A stretch of DNA of 63,766 bases, filler included, from Octopus bimaculoides (lineage: Eukaryota): assembly GCF_001194135.2 (NCBI RefSeq). It is 5 parts of 5 records of this genome, joined end to end, with 100 filler letters (N's around TTAATTAATTAA, not from the genome) between each part and the next. Parts side by side here need not be neighbours in the genome. Positions count along the whole stretch, not along the records: positions 48,151 to 61,316 come from NC_069008.1; 4 more parts are not named here. One strand, 5' to 3'. The notes beneath the pieces were generated by a model. The model had not been told where the DNA came from, made no database searches, and saw only the letters and a list, made by a program, of their open reading frames with translations. The translations under genes and the position numbers were made by a program. Each line of letters begins with the position of its first letter. Within the stretch, counting starts at the first letter, position 1. Of this stretch, positions 49,901 through 61,268 are shown piece after piece.

Positions 49901-51165
49901 TCAGGTCATTCCATAAGTTCTGTCCAATTTTACCTTTTTTAAAATTGGATGAAATTTAATAGTATTTTAGAATGTCTAATGGAATTAAAAATTATTTTTA
50001 TGCATTTGTGTACATTTAAACTAATTAAATATTATTTTACAGAATAATAGAATTAAAATTTCTTTGATTAAAACCGTTTCTAACATGGAAGTATCTAAGG
50101 TACTTAATGCTTTATGAATACAAAAAGGGAAACTCTGCAGCCGAAGCGACTCGAAACATACACTCGGTTTATGGGAAAGAATGCTTGAATGAAAGAACTT
50201 GCAGAAGATGGTTTGCAAAATTCAGAAGTGGAGATTTCAGCCTTGAAGATGAAGATCAAACAGGACGTCCAGTTGAGTTTGATGATAGATAAGCTCTTTG
50301 AGGCATTACTTGAAGAAAATCCTGCATTATCAGTTGAAGAATTGGCAATAAAGCTTAGTTCAAAACATACAACTGTTCGTCATCATCTTCAACAACTTGG
50401 AAAGGTACCTAAACTTGGAAAATGGGTGCCTCATGAATTGTCCGAAAGCAACTGCAAATCCCGAGTTGATATCTGCTCTTCTCTGCATTCTCGCAAACTC
50501 ATTCCACCCTTTTTGGATAGACATTTGACTGGTGATGAAAAATGGATCTTCTATCGAAATATTAAACTTCATAAACAGTGGCTTGGTAAAAGGGAAAAAG
50601 CTCAACTACTACTGAGAAGGGAACTTCATGGGAAAAAGGTTCTTCTCTCTATCTGGTGGGATTGCAAAGGAGTAATTCACTTTGAATTGTTACCACCTAA
50701 TGCAACAATCAATGCTCAAGTCTACTGTCAGCAATTAGAGCATTTGAACCAAGCTTTGAAGGAAAAAAGACCCGCTTTAGTGAATTGTAAAGGAGTGATG
50801 TTTCATTAAGACAATGCGTGACTCCACACTGGAAAGGTCACATCACAGAAGATCGAAGAGCTTGGTTGAGAAAAAATTCCTCATCCACCTTATTCTCCCG
50901 ACCTTGCTCCTTCAGACTACCATTTGTTGCATAGTCTACAGAATCATTTGGGTGATATAACTTTCGCAAGCCAGGAGGAGGTTGAAAAGTTCTTCACTTT
51001 GAAGCTAAAAGAGTTTTACATTGATGGGATTAAAAAGCTTGTAAATAGATGGAAGGAAGTCATAGATAATCAGGGAAAATACATTGATGATTAAATTTCA
51101 ATAAAATATAACATTTGATCACTTGTTTTCTTTATTCAAAATTCGGACAGAACTAATGGGATGAC

Positions 51166-51169
<4 letters not shown>
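49901..51169 (+). mobile_element. Full-length mariner transposon (1269 bp, TA TSD)
   Basis: TIRs TCAGGTCATTCCATAAGTTCTGTCC and GGACAGAACTAATGGGATGACCTGA, flanked by TA. Confidence 0.95.
50085..51094 (+). pseudogene. Mariner DD34D transposase pseudogene
   Basis: WVPHEL, TGDEKW, H*DNA and HPPYSPDLAPSDY motifs, with frameshifts and stops. Confidence 0.95.
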
Positions 51170-51201
<32 letters not shown>

Positions 51202-52064
51202 TAAATCATAGGGTAGCAAAAAAATTTTAGAAATTTAATTTANNNNNNNNNNNNNNNNNNNNNNNNNNNNNNNNNNNNNNNNNNNNNNNNNNNNNNNNNN
51301 NNNNNNNNNNNNNNNNNNNNNNNNNNNNNNNNNNNNNNTATTTTTCATTTCTTTCGAAATTATCCCTATTTTTGTGGTATAGAGTTTTTTGCTGCTCTTT
51401 CTAGCGGGTTAGATGTCCTATTATAGACATCTCTGTATTTCAAATGAATAATATATATATAGTCTATTGACTAATTTTTATTCTCGCTGGACCACTGGTG
51501 GTAAATTAAATTTCTAAAATTTTTTTGCTACCCTATGATTTATTAATAATGATAATATATTTTTTGGCTAATTTCTGAGGAAAAATCGGCATTTGTTTTA
51601 TATTTACTGCCGATAAGTTAAACCACACATGCGCGGTAAATTTTGAAAAATTAAGCATGTAAGCACAAGTTGTGTTTTCCTATGGTTCGTGTTTACACGC
51701 TGTCCCGGTACTCTGCTGAAGATAGTTGCCGAGCAAGAGAAAAGTGAGCCATCCTTACCATACAGTTCGACTTACCTGCGACTGGGCCAGTGGCAAAGAA
51801 GTGACATATGTATATATTCACATACCTAACACACATTCATCTATATATATATATATATATGTGCCATCATCCTCAACCAATCTCTGTGTATGTTAACTGA
51901 TATAAATACAAGTAAATTTTAGAATAACAGCCAGAAAGACACAGTTTGCAATACAACTCCACATAATATGCACTTTTGAAAATCAAATGGGAAACTAGTT
52001 AAGTGTATGTATATATATAGAAGCTCATCACATATATGTATATATATTTGTGTGTGTCTTTGTC

Positions 52065-52270
52065 CCTTCCACCATTGCTTAACAACACACACCAAATTAA
52101 TTGGGTGTGTTTATGTCCACATAACTTAGCAGTTCAGCAAAACAGATCAATAGAATAAGTACTAAGCTTACAAAGAAAAAGTCCTGGGGGCTATTTCTTT
52201 GACTAAAAAAAAGCCTATAAGGCGGTGCTCCAGTCTGGTCAGTCATGTGACTGAAACATGTAAGAGAATG
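52065..52270 (+). mobile_element. SINE family B, CpG-decayed
   Basis: CATAACTTAGCAGTTCAGCAAAA versus GTAACTTAGCGGTTCGGCAAAA in upstream copies. Confidence 0.8.
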
Positions 52271-52576
52271 AAAGAAAATCATCTGATATTGTGATTTGGT
52301 AGAATATTACCCAGGTGTTCAACAAAATCTGACCAATCATGACTTTGCATGGGATAGACTTTTGGCGTGCTTCCTTCTGAGCTTAGCAATCAGTAAGAAT
52401 TCGACACACCTTGACTAATTGACAGACACTGTAGGAGTTGGCCAACAGAGATGCAGACAGAAGCTGACAACACAAAGGCAATGAACAATTGGAGGACGAA
52501 AGACATTAGAAGTCGGTTGCATGGTAAGCAACTAAGCACAACAGCATTTGTTTTTGTGTACAAGAATAATATTTTG

Positions 52577-52849
52577 GGCGATCTTTCGAAACCAGTACCA
52601 AATATTGGCCTTTTCCGTAAAAAGTATTGGAGGGAAAGGACATCGTAAAAGCGAAAGAGATACAGAGAGCGCGATTTCTTTTGAAGGGTTTAGGGTTAGG
52701 GTTATGGTTACGATTAGGGTTTTAGGGTTAGGGAATTCCATCCCTAACCGTAACCCTAACCCTAATCCTAAAACCTTAACCCTGACCCTAACACAGGTTC
52801 CCTTTTTACGGAAAAGGCCGATATTTGGTACTGGTATCGAAAGATCGCC
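52577..52849. mobile_element. MITE with ~48-bp TIRs, 8-bp TSD and internal head-to-head telomere-like repeats (Merlin-like)
   Basis: GGCGATCTTTCGAAACCAGTACCAAATATTGGCCTTTTCCGTAAAAAG and its near-exact reverse complement. ATATTTTG at 52569-52576 and 52850-52857. Confidence 0.85.
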
Positions 52850-53016
52850 ATATTTTGTTCCCCAAAATTCTCAACAGATTTTATTGTTGTCTTCTTACAA
52901 GTTCAAACTATTTTCAAATCAACATTCAAGTCTGCCATTCAATACTGGTTTGAACTTCACAAAATTTCTTTTCTTTTGTTCATTTAACTTCATTATGGTC
53001 ATAATTGACATTTTTA

Positions 53017-53361
53017 TTACCTCCACCAAGTCAGAGGTGTTGTTCTCAGTCGTGTTTGTCCATGAATAAGATATCTCAAAAACCGCTGGATGGATTCAGA
53101 TGAAACTTTCAGGGATGTTTGACCTCGTGACTGGCACAAACTGATCAGATTTTGGGATCGATCAGTTACTAGACAAGGATTCTGGGTATTTTTTCCATTC
53201 CTTTTTTTTTCTTTCTTACTTAATTTTTGAGAGCAGCCAGGTTCATTTCTTGTTTGTGATTGAAGTCGAGTTTATTTCAGATATTCTCACTTTAAAAACC
53301 CTCTCCAGCTAATCGGTGAGAGAACATTGGTGTTGCCTTGGCAGAGGTTTGTGCTGTTGTT
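53017..53361 (+). mobile_element. HINE/Helentron-type element (copy 2)
   Basis: Colinear with 18924-19291. Confidence 0.75.
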
Positions 53362-53380
53362 ATTGTACACATAAAATAAT

Positions 53381-53735
53381 AACAAGACCACTCAGAGAGT
53401 GCAAAGCTCCGCCAAGGAAACATCAACATCCTCTCAACAATTAGCCAGAGATGATTTTTAAAATAAGAATATCTGAAATAAACTTGACTGCTCTCACAAA
53501 CGAGAATACTGAAAATGAACCTGACCACTCTCAAACGTTAAGTAAAAAAAAATAAGCCAGAATCTTTGTCCGGTACCGGATTGATCCCAAAATGTAATCA
53601 GTTTGTGTCAGTCGTGAGGCCAAACATCCCTGAAAGTTTCATCCGAATCCATCCAGTAGTTCTTGAGATATCTTGTCTACGGACAAACAAACACAACTGA
53701 AAGCAATACCTCTGCCTTCACTAAGGCAGAGGTAA
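53381..53735 (-). mobile_element. HINE/Helentron-type element (copy 3)
   Basis: Reverse complement of 18924-19291, with terminal hairpin ACCTCTGCCTT-CACT-AAGGCAGAGGT. Confidence 0.75.
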
Positions 53736-54054
53736 TAACGAACCTATAGTATAGTGCTCAGGTGCAGTACAACTCATGAGAAAAAGTAACCAAAACTGCA
53801 TGAACAGTACAAAGAATATGCACAGGAAGTGAACAATGAATAAGTCTTCAAAAGAAAAGTGGTGGGGATGGGAGGCATCAGGTGTACTGTTAGCGAATTT
53901 CAGGAAGCACAAAAAATTTTGAAGGATGTAATGTCACAACAGCTGACAACTGGTGCTGGTAATTTATTCTATCTTCAGCAATTCTGAGCATCAAAAAGTG
54001 TTTCCAAAAGTCACAGGTATTGTGTGATTTTTTTGATTTTGTATGTTCATGAGT

Positions 54055-54216
54055 GTTAATAGACAGGTGGCGGATAATCTTGTAGGTGTCTACTAAGTCA
54101 GTTGCCAGAGATCGGAGCTTTAATGTCTCCATGGTGGCATGTTCCTCACCTGTTTCCAGGAGGTTGATATGCCGAACAAGATAAGGGTTCCAGCCTGGTG
54201 ATGCAAACTGTAAGTG
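54055..54216 (-). pseudogene. CR1/L2-like LINE ORF2 C-terminal fragment
   Basis: HLQFASPGWNPYLVRHINLLET...METLKLRSLATDLVDTYKII (cf. LEYxSPVWxP...LExVQ and RRLRxDLIxxYKI). Confidence 0.6.
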
Positions 54217-54419
54217 TGGAATACCATAGTCATATACAGTTTTAAATGGATAGCCAGAGAGCAGCTGACAAAGGTCTTACTGAATTTTTTTTTTACTAGC
54301 CATTACGTGTTGTTTCCTATTTGCTTCGGTCTAGAAATCAAGGGAAATCTCTACTATTCTCTCAAACTTTGCTTTTGTTGCCTGGACATTAAATGACCTA
54401 CTTTTCCAGCCTAACCCTA

Positions 54420-54603
54420 ACCCTGTTTTAAGTTCAAATAAGACAGATCTGATCTGTTACACCTACCCGACACTATCATTCTACAAATAAACAATCACAT
54501 CATTAAAACCTCAAAGCTATGAGTCAATGTCTAATTAATTCAAAACAATGTGAATAAATAAGCATTACATACGACAGAGTAATCTGAATGCAAAAGGATT
54601 AAG
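54420..54603 (-). mobile_element. Possible piggyBac-type MITE fragment
   Basis: The minus strand starts TTAATCCTTTTGCATTCAGATTACTCTG, resembling TTAA-CCCTT termini. The other end was not identified. Confidence 0.4.
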
Positions 54604-55108
54604 TGTAGATTTTAATTCGCCTCGTAATAATATTCTGCTCGAGTTAGAATTTGGGGAATCTGCCATTTTGATTTGTTCCTTACAAGGAATTCATCATTCT
54701 GCTATCTTAGTTGTAAAACTCAAAGCTGACCACAGAATTTTAGGATATTGTTCTCAAGTTAAAAGAGACTTGATTGTTAGTCTAAGAATAAAGTTTAGTT
54801 CTATCAGATGAACATCATTACCCAAATTCCACTTTATCATCAATAATCTTAGGGCTCTTTCTGTTCAATTGTTTCAAAATTGTCAGCCCTTGATTTTTCT
54901 TTACCCAATGTTTAGCTTGATGTTAAACAATAAATTCTAATTTGTTTAGTGTTTGTTGTAGGTGTTCTTTTGTTGTTGAACTGTGAATTTTGGCTGTTGT
55001 TTGACCACATTTCAAAATGCTCTCTGTACACTTCTTGGTGTTGAGTATATTGTAAGTCTGTCTAACACAATATTTAATTAACTAAAAAGACAATCTAGGC
55101 TTACACGC

Positions 55109-55139
<31 letters not shown>

Positions 55140-56304
55140 TACACTGAAATAGTTTAAAATCCATGGAGCAAAAACATTTTACAGTGATTCTGCTACTATG
55201 TCAAATAATTCTGAATGTCCTTTATTTTGAATTCATCTCACAAATTTTGTTTCTTTACAATGATGTAATGTTTCCATTAATCAATTAAGGGAGTTGCTAC
55301 AAATGACTGTAATAGATTGACACCTGTACCTCTGTTACTCATATTTTATTCACCTGTCTCAGAATCTGCCCTTCGTAAATATTATGGACTGTATATTTAA
55401 TATAAAGAATATGTCTGAATAGCTCAAGGGTGGATTTCTTCATTTAGCTTGGTCTAACTGTCTACATGCACTGCAAAAATATCATTCAGCTGGTACTTAT
55501 ATACCAAGTTTGATATTTACCTGATATTGTTGTGTGTGTATATTATTCCGACCTAACGAGGTGCTTCAATTTAAGTACCTAATTCAATTGAATCTTACTT
55601 ATATTCTATATGTATATAATGTGTGAGTGTACACATGTTCATACATACAGGAACATATCCACATGTTGAATGACAAATCCATGCATGTTTCCTTCTTATT
55701 AAACCTCCTCAAAGAAGAGGTTTTACTTGTGCATACTAGATCCCAGAATGAATGAAAGAGATAAACTGATAAAATTCTGTTCAAGAAATGAAAGCAAGAC
55801 AAAATCTAAATTAAAAAAAGGGGTATACAAATGTAAACACATACATACATATATTATATATACATACATACACAATGGTGTAATGAGTCTGATTTTTCTA
55901 AGTACAGTGACAACTCCAAGATTCACAATAAAAAAGTCAAAGATATATAACGGTAGATTTTATAGGTTTTTATTCTCAATTACAAATCAGGAAAACTGGT
56001 AAAAATGAAATATAAACATTAATTCTAATTTAATTTTACAGTTGAAATATTTGTAATTAATAGATTTTATTTTATTTCTTAAATTTCACTGTAAACAACA
56101 ACATACTTTTCGTTTTTTTATTTTGCTCAATTTTACAGAGAAAACATTTACAGTCATTTCATACACTTGATATAATCACAACACACAGACCAAAATTGCA
56201 AGGTTTAATACAGAAGCCATAACACTAAATTTCGCTCACTTTCTCCAAGAAAGCAGTTACTGTTGATTCTCTGGAACAATCCTACAACATAGTAACCAAT
56301 ACTG

Positions 56305-56440
56305 TTGTAGGTGCAGGTGGCTGAGTAAGAAACTTGCTTCCCAACCACATGGTTCCAGGTTCAGTCCCTCTGCGCGGCACCTTGGACAAGTGTCTTTTAC
56401 TATAGTCTCAGGTTAACCAAAGCCTCATGAGTGGAAACTG
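56305..56440 (+). mobile_element. SINE family C
   Basis: GGTGGCTGAGTAAG...GGTTCAGTCCC...CTTGGACAAGTGTCTTTTACTATAG. Confidence 0.8.
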
Positions 56441-56519
56441 AAACCAGGTTATCAGACATTACACATTGCTGGTGTTGCTGGTCACAGTGTATTTTTGCAT
56501 TATTTTAGCCTCCAAATGA

Positions 56520-56695
56520 CGTTACCCCACTGGCTAGGCAAGCAGGTCAATATTTCCCCCTGATTGAAAGGCGGGCAGAAGCAACATGAAATGAAGTGTT
56601 TCACTCAAGAACACAACATGTCACCCAATCAGGGAATCAAACCTACAATCTAGCAATTGCGAGTGCAACAGCCTAACCACTAGACTACATGCCGT
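56520..56695 (-). mobile_element. SINE family D (CORE-like)
   Basis: Minus strand TAGTGGTTAGG...TTGATTCCC...TTGTGTTCTTGAGTGAAACACTTCATTTCATGTTGC. Confidence 0.6.
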
Positions 56696-56714
56696 CACAG
56701 TCTGTTTGTATCCT

Positions 56715-56880
56715 ACCTCTGCTCGACAACCAGTGTTGGTGTGTTTACATCCAGTAACATATCAGTTCAGCAAAAAGCAACTGATACAATAAGAATCAGG
56801 TTTTAAAAAAAAGTTCTGGTGTCGATTTTGTGCCCTAGCATGGCTGCAGTCAAATGACTGAAACAAGTAAAAGATAGAAA
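56715..56880 (+). mobile_element. SINE family B
   Basis: GGTGTGTTTACATCC...GCATGGCTGCAGTCAAATGACTGAAACAAGTAAAAG. Confidence 0.8.
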
Positions 56881-56984
56881 AAAAAAAAAAAAGATACAAG
56901 TGAAATACTGGCATATGAACCTCATAATAAGAAAATATGACAAAACAGTGATGGCAACATTGTTCAATACTCTTTTTTACTCTC

Positions 56985-57510
56985 TTTTACTTGTTTCATT
57001 CATTTGACTGTGGCCATGCTGGAGCACTGCCTTTAGTCGAGCAAATCAACCCTAGGACTTATTCTTTGGAAGCCCAGTACTTATTCTATTGGTCTCTTTT
57101 GCCGAACCGCTAAGTTACAGGGACGTAAACACACCAGAATCGGTTGTCAAGCAATGTTGGGGGGGACAAACACAGACACACATATATATATACACATATA
57201 CATATATACGACGGGCTTCTTTCAGTTTCCGTCTACCAAATCCACTCACAAGGCTTTGGTCGGCCCGAGGCTATAGTAGAAGACACTTTTCCAAGGTGCC
57301 ACGCAGTGGGACTGAACCCGGAACCATGTGGTTGATAAGCAAGCTACTTTATTTCATTTTAATTTGCCATAAAGGCAGTACACAGAGAGTAGCTATAGGC
57401 TGGACAAAGACATTAATGAGATGAGATGAATGGTGATTAATATGGTATTAATGGGAGAAGACAAGAGCCGCCCGCCGAACTCTGCTTACCACACAGCCAC
57501 TCCTGCGCCT
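56985..57510 (-). mobile_element. Composite C+B SINE with its head split by an insertion
   Basis: B module about 56985-57155 and C module about 57205-57349, with the head resuming at 57485. Confidence 0.85.
57350..57484 (-). mobile_element. Short insertion, probably a 5'-truncated LINE 3' tail
   Basis: Interrupts AAGCTACTT/ACCACACAGCC with CTT on both sides. The minus strand ends GGCAAATTAAAATGAAATAAAG. Confidence 0.55.
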
Positions 57511-57889
57511 ATGTGCATTTTCTGTCACTAATACCAAGAAAATTACTTGCAAAAATATTGTTGTGGTTACACTTGTATTCAACAAACATTCTCATCATCA
57601 ATCCTTTCATTTATGAAAGGAAAATATTTTACTTTGGTTCTCCTAAGATTTCTAATGTAAAACATTTTTAGGTATAGAAATATTTAGTAAGATCATCAAC
57701 CAGATTAATGGGTTGAGGACAGAGCTGAGAAGAAAGTTCTTCCTGTGGTCATCCTTCAGTACTTTGGAAGACGAGGAACAAAGTACCAAAAGATGACCTC
57801 AGAACGCTAAACCTTTCAGTTGAGATGACAAATGACCAAAGATATATGACAACTTGCTGTACTCAAGAAAGTACATCCTTCACAGCAGA

Positions 57890-58100
57890 AGTGTTAACGT
57901 TGCATCCCCTGGTGAAGTGGATTGGCCTGCAAGAGCCTTTTACTGGCATCACATAAAGTGGTTGGCATTAGGAAGGGCATCCAGCAGTAGAAGCCAAACC
58001 AAATCAGACTGGAACCTGGTGCGGCTCCTGGCTTGCCTGCTCCGATCAAAGCATCCAACACATGTAAAATGGACATTGAAGGATGATGATGATGATGATA
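57890..58100 (+). mobile_element. Family E retroposon 3' end
   Basis: GGCATTAGGAAGGGCATCCAGC followed by a (GAT)n tail. Confidence 0.65.
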
Positions 58101-58284
58101 TGCCTATAAATATAGCCGTAAGACCATAAGATCACCTTGGGATAACATTTACAAACAAAATTATCTTTTATAATCAAGATGGCTTTACATTATTCCAAAT
58201 ATATACACCCAGTTTATAAACAATGACAGCAGTGATGATCAATGTTCTTTTGTTGCCAATACCTGGCTTCAAAAAAAAAAAAAG

Positions 58285-58345
58285 TCCTGAGGTTGATTTG
58301 TTCACCTAAAACTCTTCAAGATGGTACCCCAGCATGGCTGCAGTC
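58285..58345 (+). mobile_element. SINE family B fragment
   Basis: AGTCCTGAGGTTGATTTG...CAGCATGGCTGCAGTCAAATGACTGAAACAAG. Confidence 0.7.
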
Positions 58346-59352
58346 AAATGACTGAAACAAGTGATGGCGTTTACTCTAGCCCAAGTCTGTAATAAAGTCC
58401 CAAAATATTTTAAAACATTCAGAAAACTGAAGACCTGGGATTAAATTTAATTAATGACTTTTATTCACATCATGTGTTCTCAGACCCCACACTGTTGATT
58501 TCTTCCATAAAAATCAGCATGATAGCAACCCATCTGAGAAATAAGCCCTGTAAAATGGTAGCGAGAGTTGCTCGCCATTCTCCATGGTAGTGTTCTTTGC
58601 TGTTATGTCTGCTTGATACACCTGAACACACTGTTGAGATTGGGGTGTACAGCCTGTCCCCTACCCCATACACACATTTTCATTGCTTAATTCCCATTTT
58701 CTTTTTGTTGAATGAGTTTTGGGGTTGATTTCTAATTTCACTTGTATTTTTCTATAGCAAAAGGTTCTGATAAGTCATTCATTTTGATTATCAGTTGCAG
58801 AAACAATCATTAATAGAATAAAGAAATACCACAAAAGAAAAAGAAAAAGAAAGAAAATAAAAATAAAACCTAGCCAAGAAGGCCTGTTCTTTTATGAGAC
58901 AAACTTCCTGTTTTTCAACTCTACATTAGCAACTACAAACATTTTGTGCTAATTTATGGCACAAGTGAACAATGTCTGTTACTGAAAAAACTTCTCAATT
59001 ATTTTCAAAATTAACTGAAACAAAGCTATTGTATTTCAACAGAAGTATAACGAAAGCTTTAGTCCTTTCAGTTGCAAACATACATTTTCATAGGACGTAT
59101 AAGTGTACGTTAGCGTCCGTGCAAGACTTACGCTAACGTGACGCACATTTTTAAGTTGAAAGATAATACTTATTGATATCCTTTACAAGTTAAGGGACAG
59201 CTTTATCAATATCAACTTTCACTCAAGACAGTTAAAATATACACTCGTAAATGGGTGTAAAATAAGCAGCTTTAAAATAGCGATTATTTCAACTACTACA
59301 ACTGTTGTAGAAAAACTGCTGACTACCAAAAAACAAAAAAACCTTATAAAAC

Positions 59353-59384
59353 TGGTGACCCCGACTAGATTCCAACACGCAGCC
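59353..59384 (+). other. tRNA-Trp-complementary tract (primer-binding-site-like)
   Basis: TGGTGACCCCGAC is exactly complementary to the 3' end of eukaryotic tRNA-Trp including CCA. The match extends to 32 nt with about 3-5 mismatches, depending on the isodecoder recalled. Confidence 0.75.
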
Positions 59385-59892
59385 CGACGTTCTCAAGGAC
59401 GTTTACAAAATGGTGACCCATTGCCAGCTTCATAACCAACCACTCTTTCTCCTTATCACATTTTATCGTCTATTTTGTCTTCTAGGGGGGATATCTGTAG
59501 CGTACTTCTCTCTCTCTTATATATACACGAATACGGACATAGCGGATAACAGCTAGCCTTCGGCCACACCTTTGGACCCTGTTGTGTCCACCACTCTGAC
59601 TGGTTGGTATTGGCGCAGTTTGTCTCCAGTTCTATTGCGCACCAAGAAGCAACCCAACCAATCGCAGCCTTCAGATAAGGTCACACGAGACAGTCTTTTT
59701 CTGATCCCCAGTTTGAGCCGACAGGTCAGTTGGTTTCAGACATTGAGAAATTTGAGTTGAGTTGTCGATAACGGAGAGTTTTTGAAGTAAGTTGCAACGT
59801 TGAATATTTGTTGTTGAAAAATTGGTTGTTAATTATTGTTGTTGATTGTTTATATTGTTCGTTGTTTTTTCTCTCTTCCCATTGGGGGGAAA

Positions 59893-61268
59893 ATGGAGAA
59901 AGCGCCGGTGGGTGGCCTGAGTTATGCGGCCACCACTGGAAGAGGAACAGAAGCGGAAAAACTGGAAACAATTGAAATTAAGGTGGAGCTGAAGAAAATG
60001 AAAGGATGTGAGAAGTTGCTGGCAAAAGTCGGAGACACATTGAAGTTGACACCGCCTGCGGAGCTGATAAGCAATGTAAGAAAAAGAACTGTGGTATTTA
60101 AAACCATGAAAATCGCAACAAGAAAGATAGAGCTCACGACAGTGGAGGAGATTGAGGAACGTTTGAAAAGTATCAGGAAGCAAACAACGTTTGTAACAAG
60201 AGGAAGAAAGTATGCCACCGTGGAGGTACGCTTCGCAACAGAAGAGGAAGCAATTAAGAACTCCATGGAGGCTATACAATCGGAGGAATGGGTGGTGGCA
60301 AACGTGTGGCCAGAGTGCGAATAGGCAAAGTACCCCCAGAGCTGGAAGAAACATGGCTGATGACAGCAATAATGTTCAATATTAAGGAAGAGGCCAAGAT
60401 ACTGAAGGCCACAAGAACACAAAGTATTGACTACTGGGGATATGGAATTGAACTCACTATCCAGGCAACAGTGGAAGATTTAAATAGAATCGATGAGGAC
60501 ATAGTGCTGCCCGACGACCTAAGATTGAGAGTGAAAGTGGAGGGCAGGCCGCCTACATGTTTTGCATGTGGCGAGAAAGACCACATGAAGGCGAGATGCC
60601 CGCAGAGAGAACAGACAGAAAAGCAGGAGAACACGAACCAGGTAGTACAGGCAGAGACAGAAGAAAATACAACGGAGGAGGGATTCACGGTAGTGGAAAG
60701 AAAACGGAGAAGTGGAAGAACGAACTCGCCACCAGAGAACCAGAAAAAGAAGAAAGAAGAGGTGGAAAAGAAAGCTGTGACCAGAGGGAAGGCAGACGAA
60801 GAGGTGACGGAGCAAGAAAGAGAGAAGGCAACTACTAAACAGGTGGATTTACAGAAGGAGGGAACAGTGAGAAGGACGCAGGTTTCCCCAGCGAAGGAAG
60901 AAGATTCGAGAGTTCAAACATGCGAGGATGAAATGGAGAAATGATTTGGAGTTGAAGAAGGAAATACACCAGTAGCAGAAGAAGAAAAGAAAAAACCAAG
61001 AAGAGGAAAAAACAAATGGAATTTTGTGACATATTAAAAAAATAAGGAGACGGAGAAAAAAATTCTAAAATTCAAGCATATAAGAATAAAGTTACCCACA
61101 GATGTGTACTCTGAAAATGTGAAGGCCATTGTGGTCGATAGGTACACATACAGGAAACTGAAAGACACGTGCGGAGACAAAATTGATACGCCCGGAGTAG
61201 CAGTGGAGTTCGACGAGCTGCCACCAGTGATCGAACTCAAGGACTTGGAGCCTTTTATGAGATATTAA
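59893..61268 (+). pseudogene. L1/Tx1-type ORF1 (RRM-like region plus CCHC zinc knuckle), disrupted
   Basis: LSYAAT, VEVRFATEEEA, RVRIGKVPPEL, VEGRPPTCFACGEKDHMKARCP (CX2CX4HX4C) and GFTVVERKRR. Frameshift near 60290 and in-frame stops at 60942 and 61035. The frame continues to TAA at 61266-61268. Confidence 0.75.

Noticed and set aside
51197-51547. Perfect 46-bp inverted repeat (51197-51242 and 51502-51547)
   Set aside because: One arm ends exactly at a gap. It may be a MITE TIR, but an orientation or assembly artefact cannot be excluded.
58470-58673. Minus-strand ORF with a hydrophobic stretch
   Set aside because: 67 aa with no homology signal or splice context.
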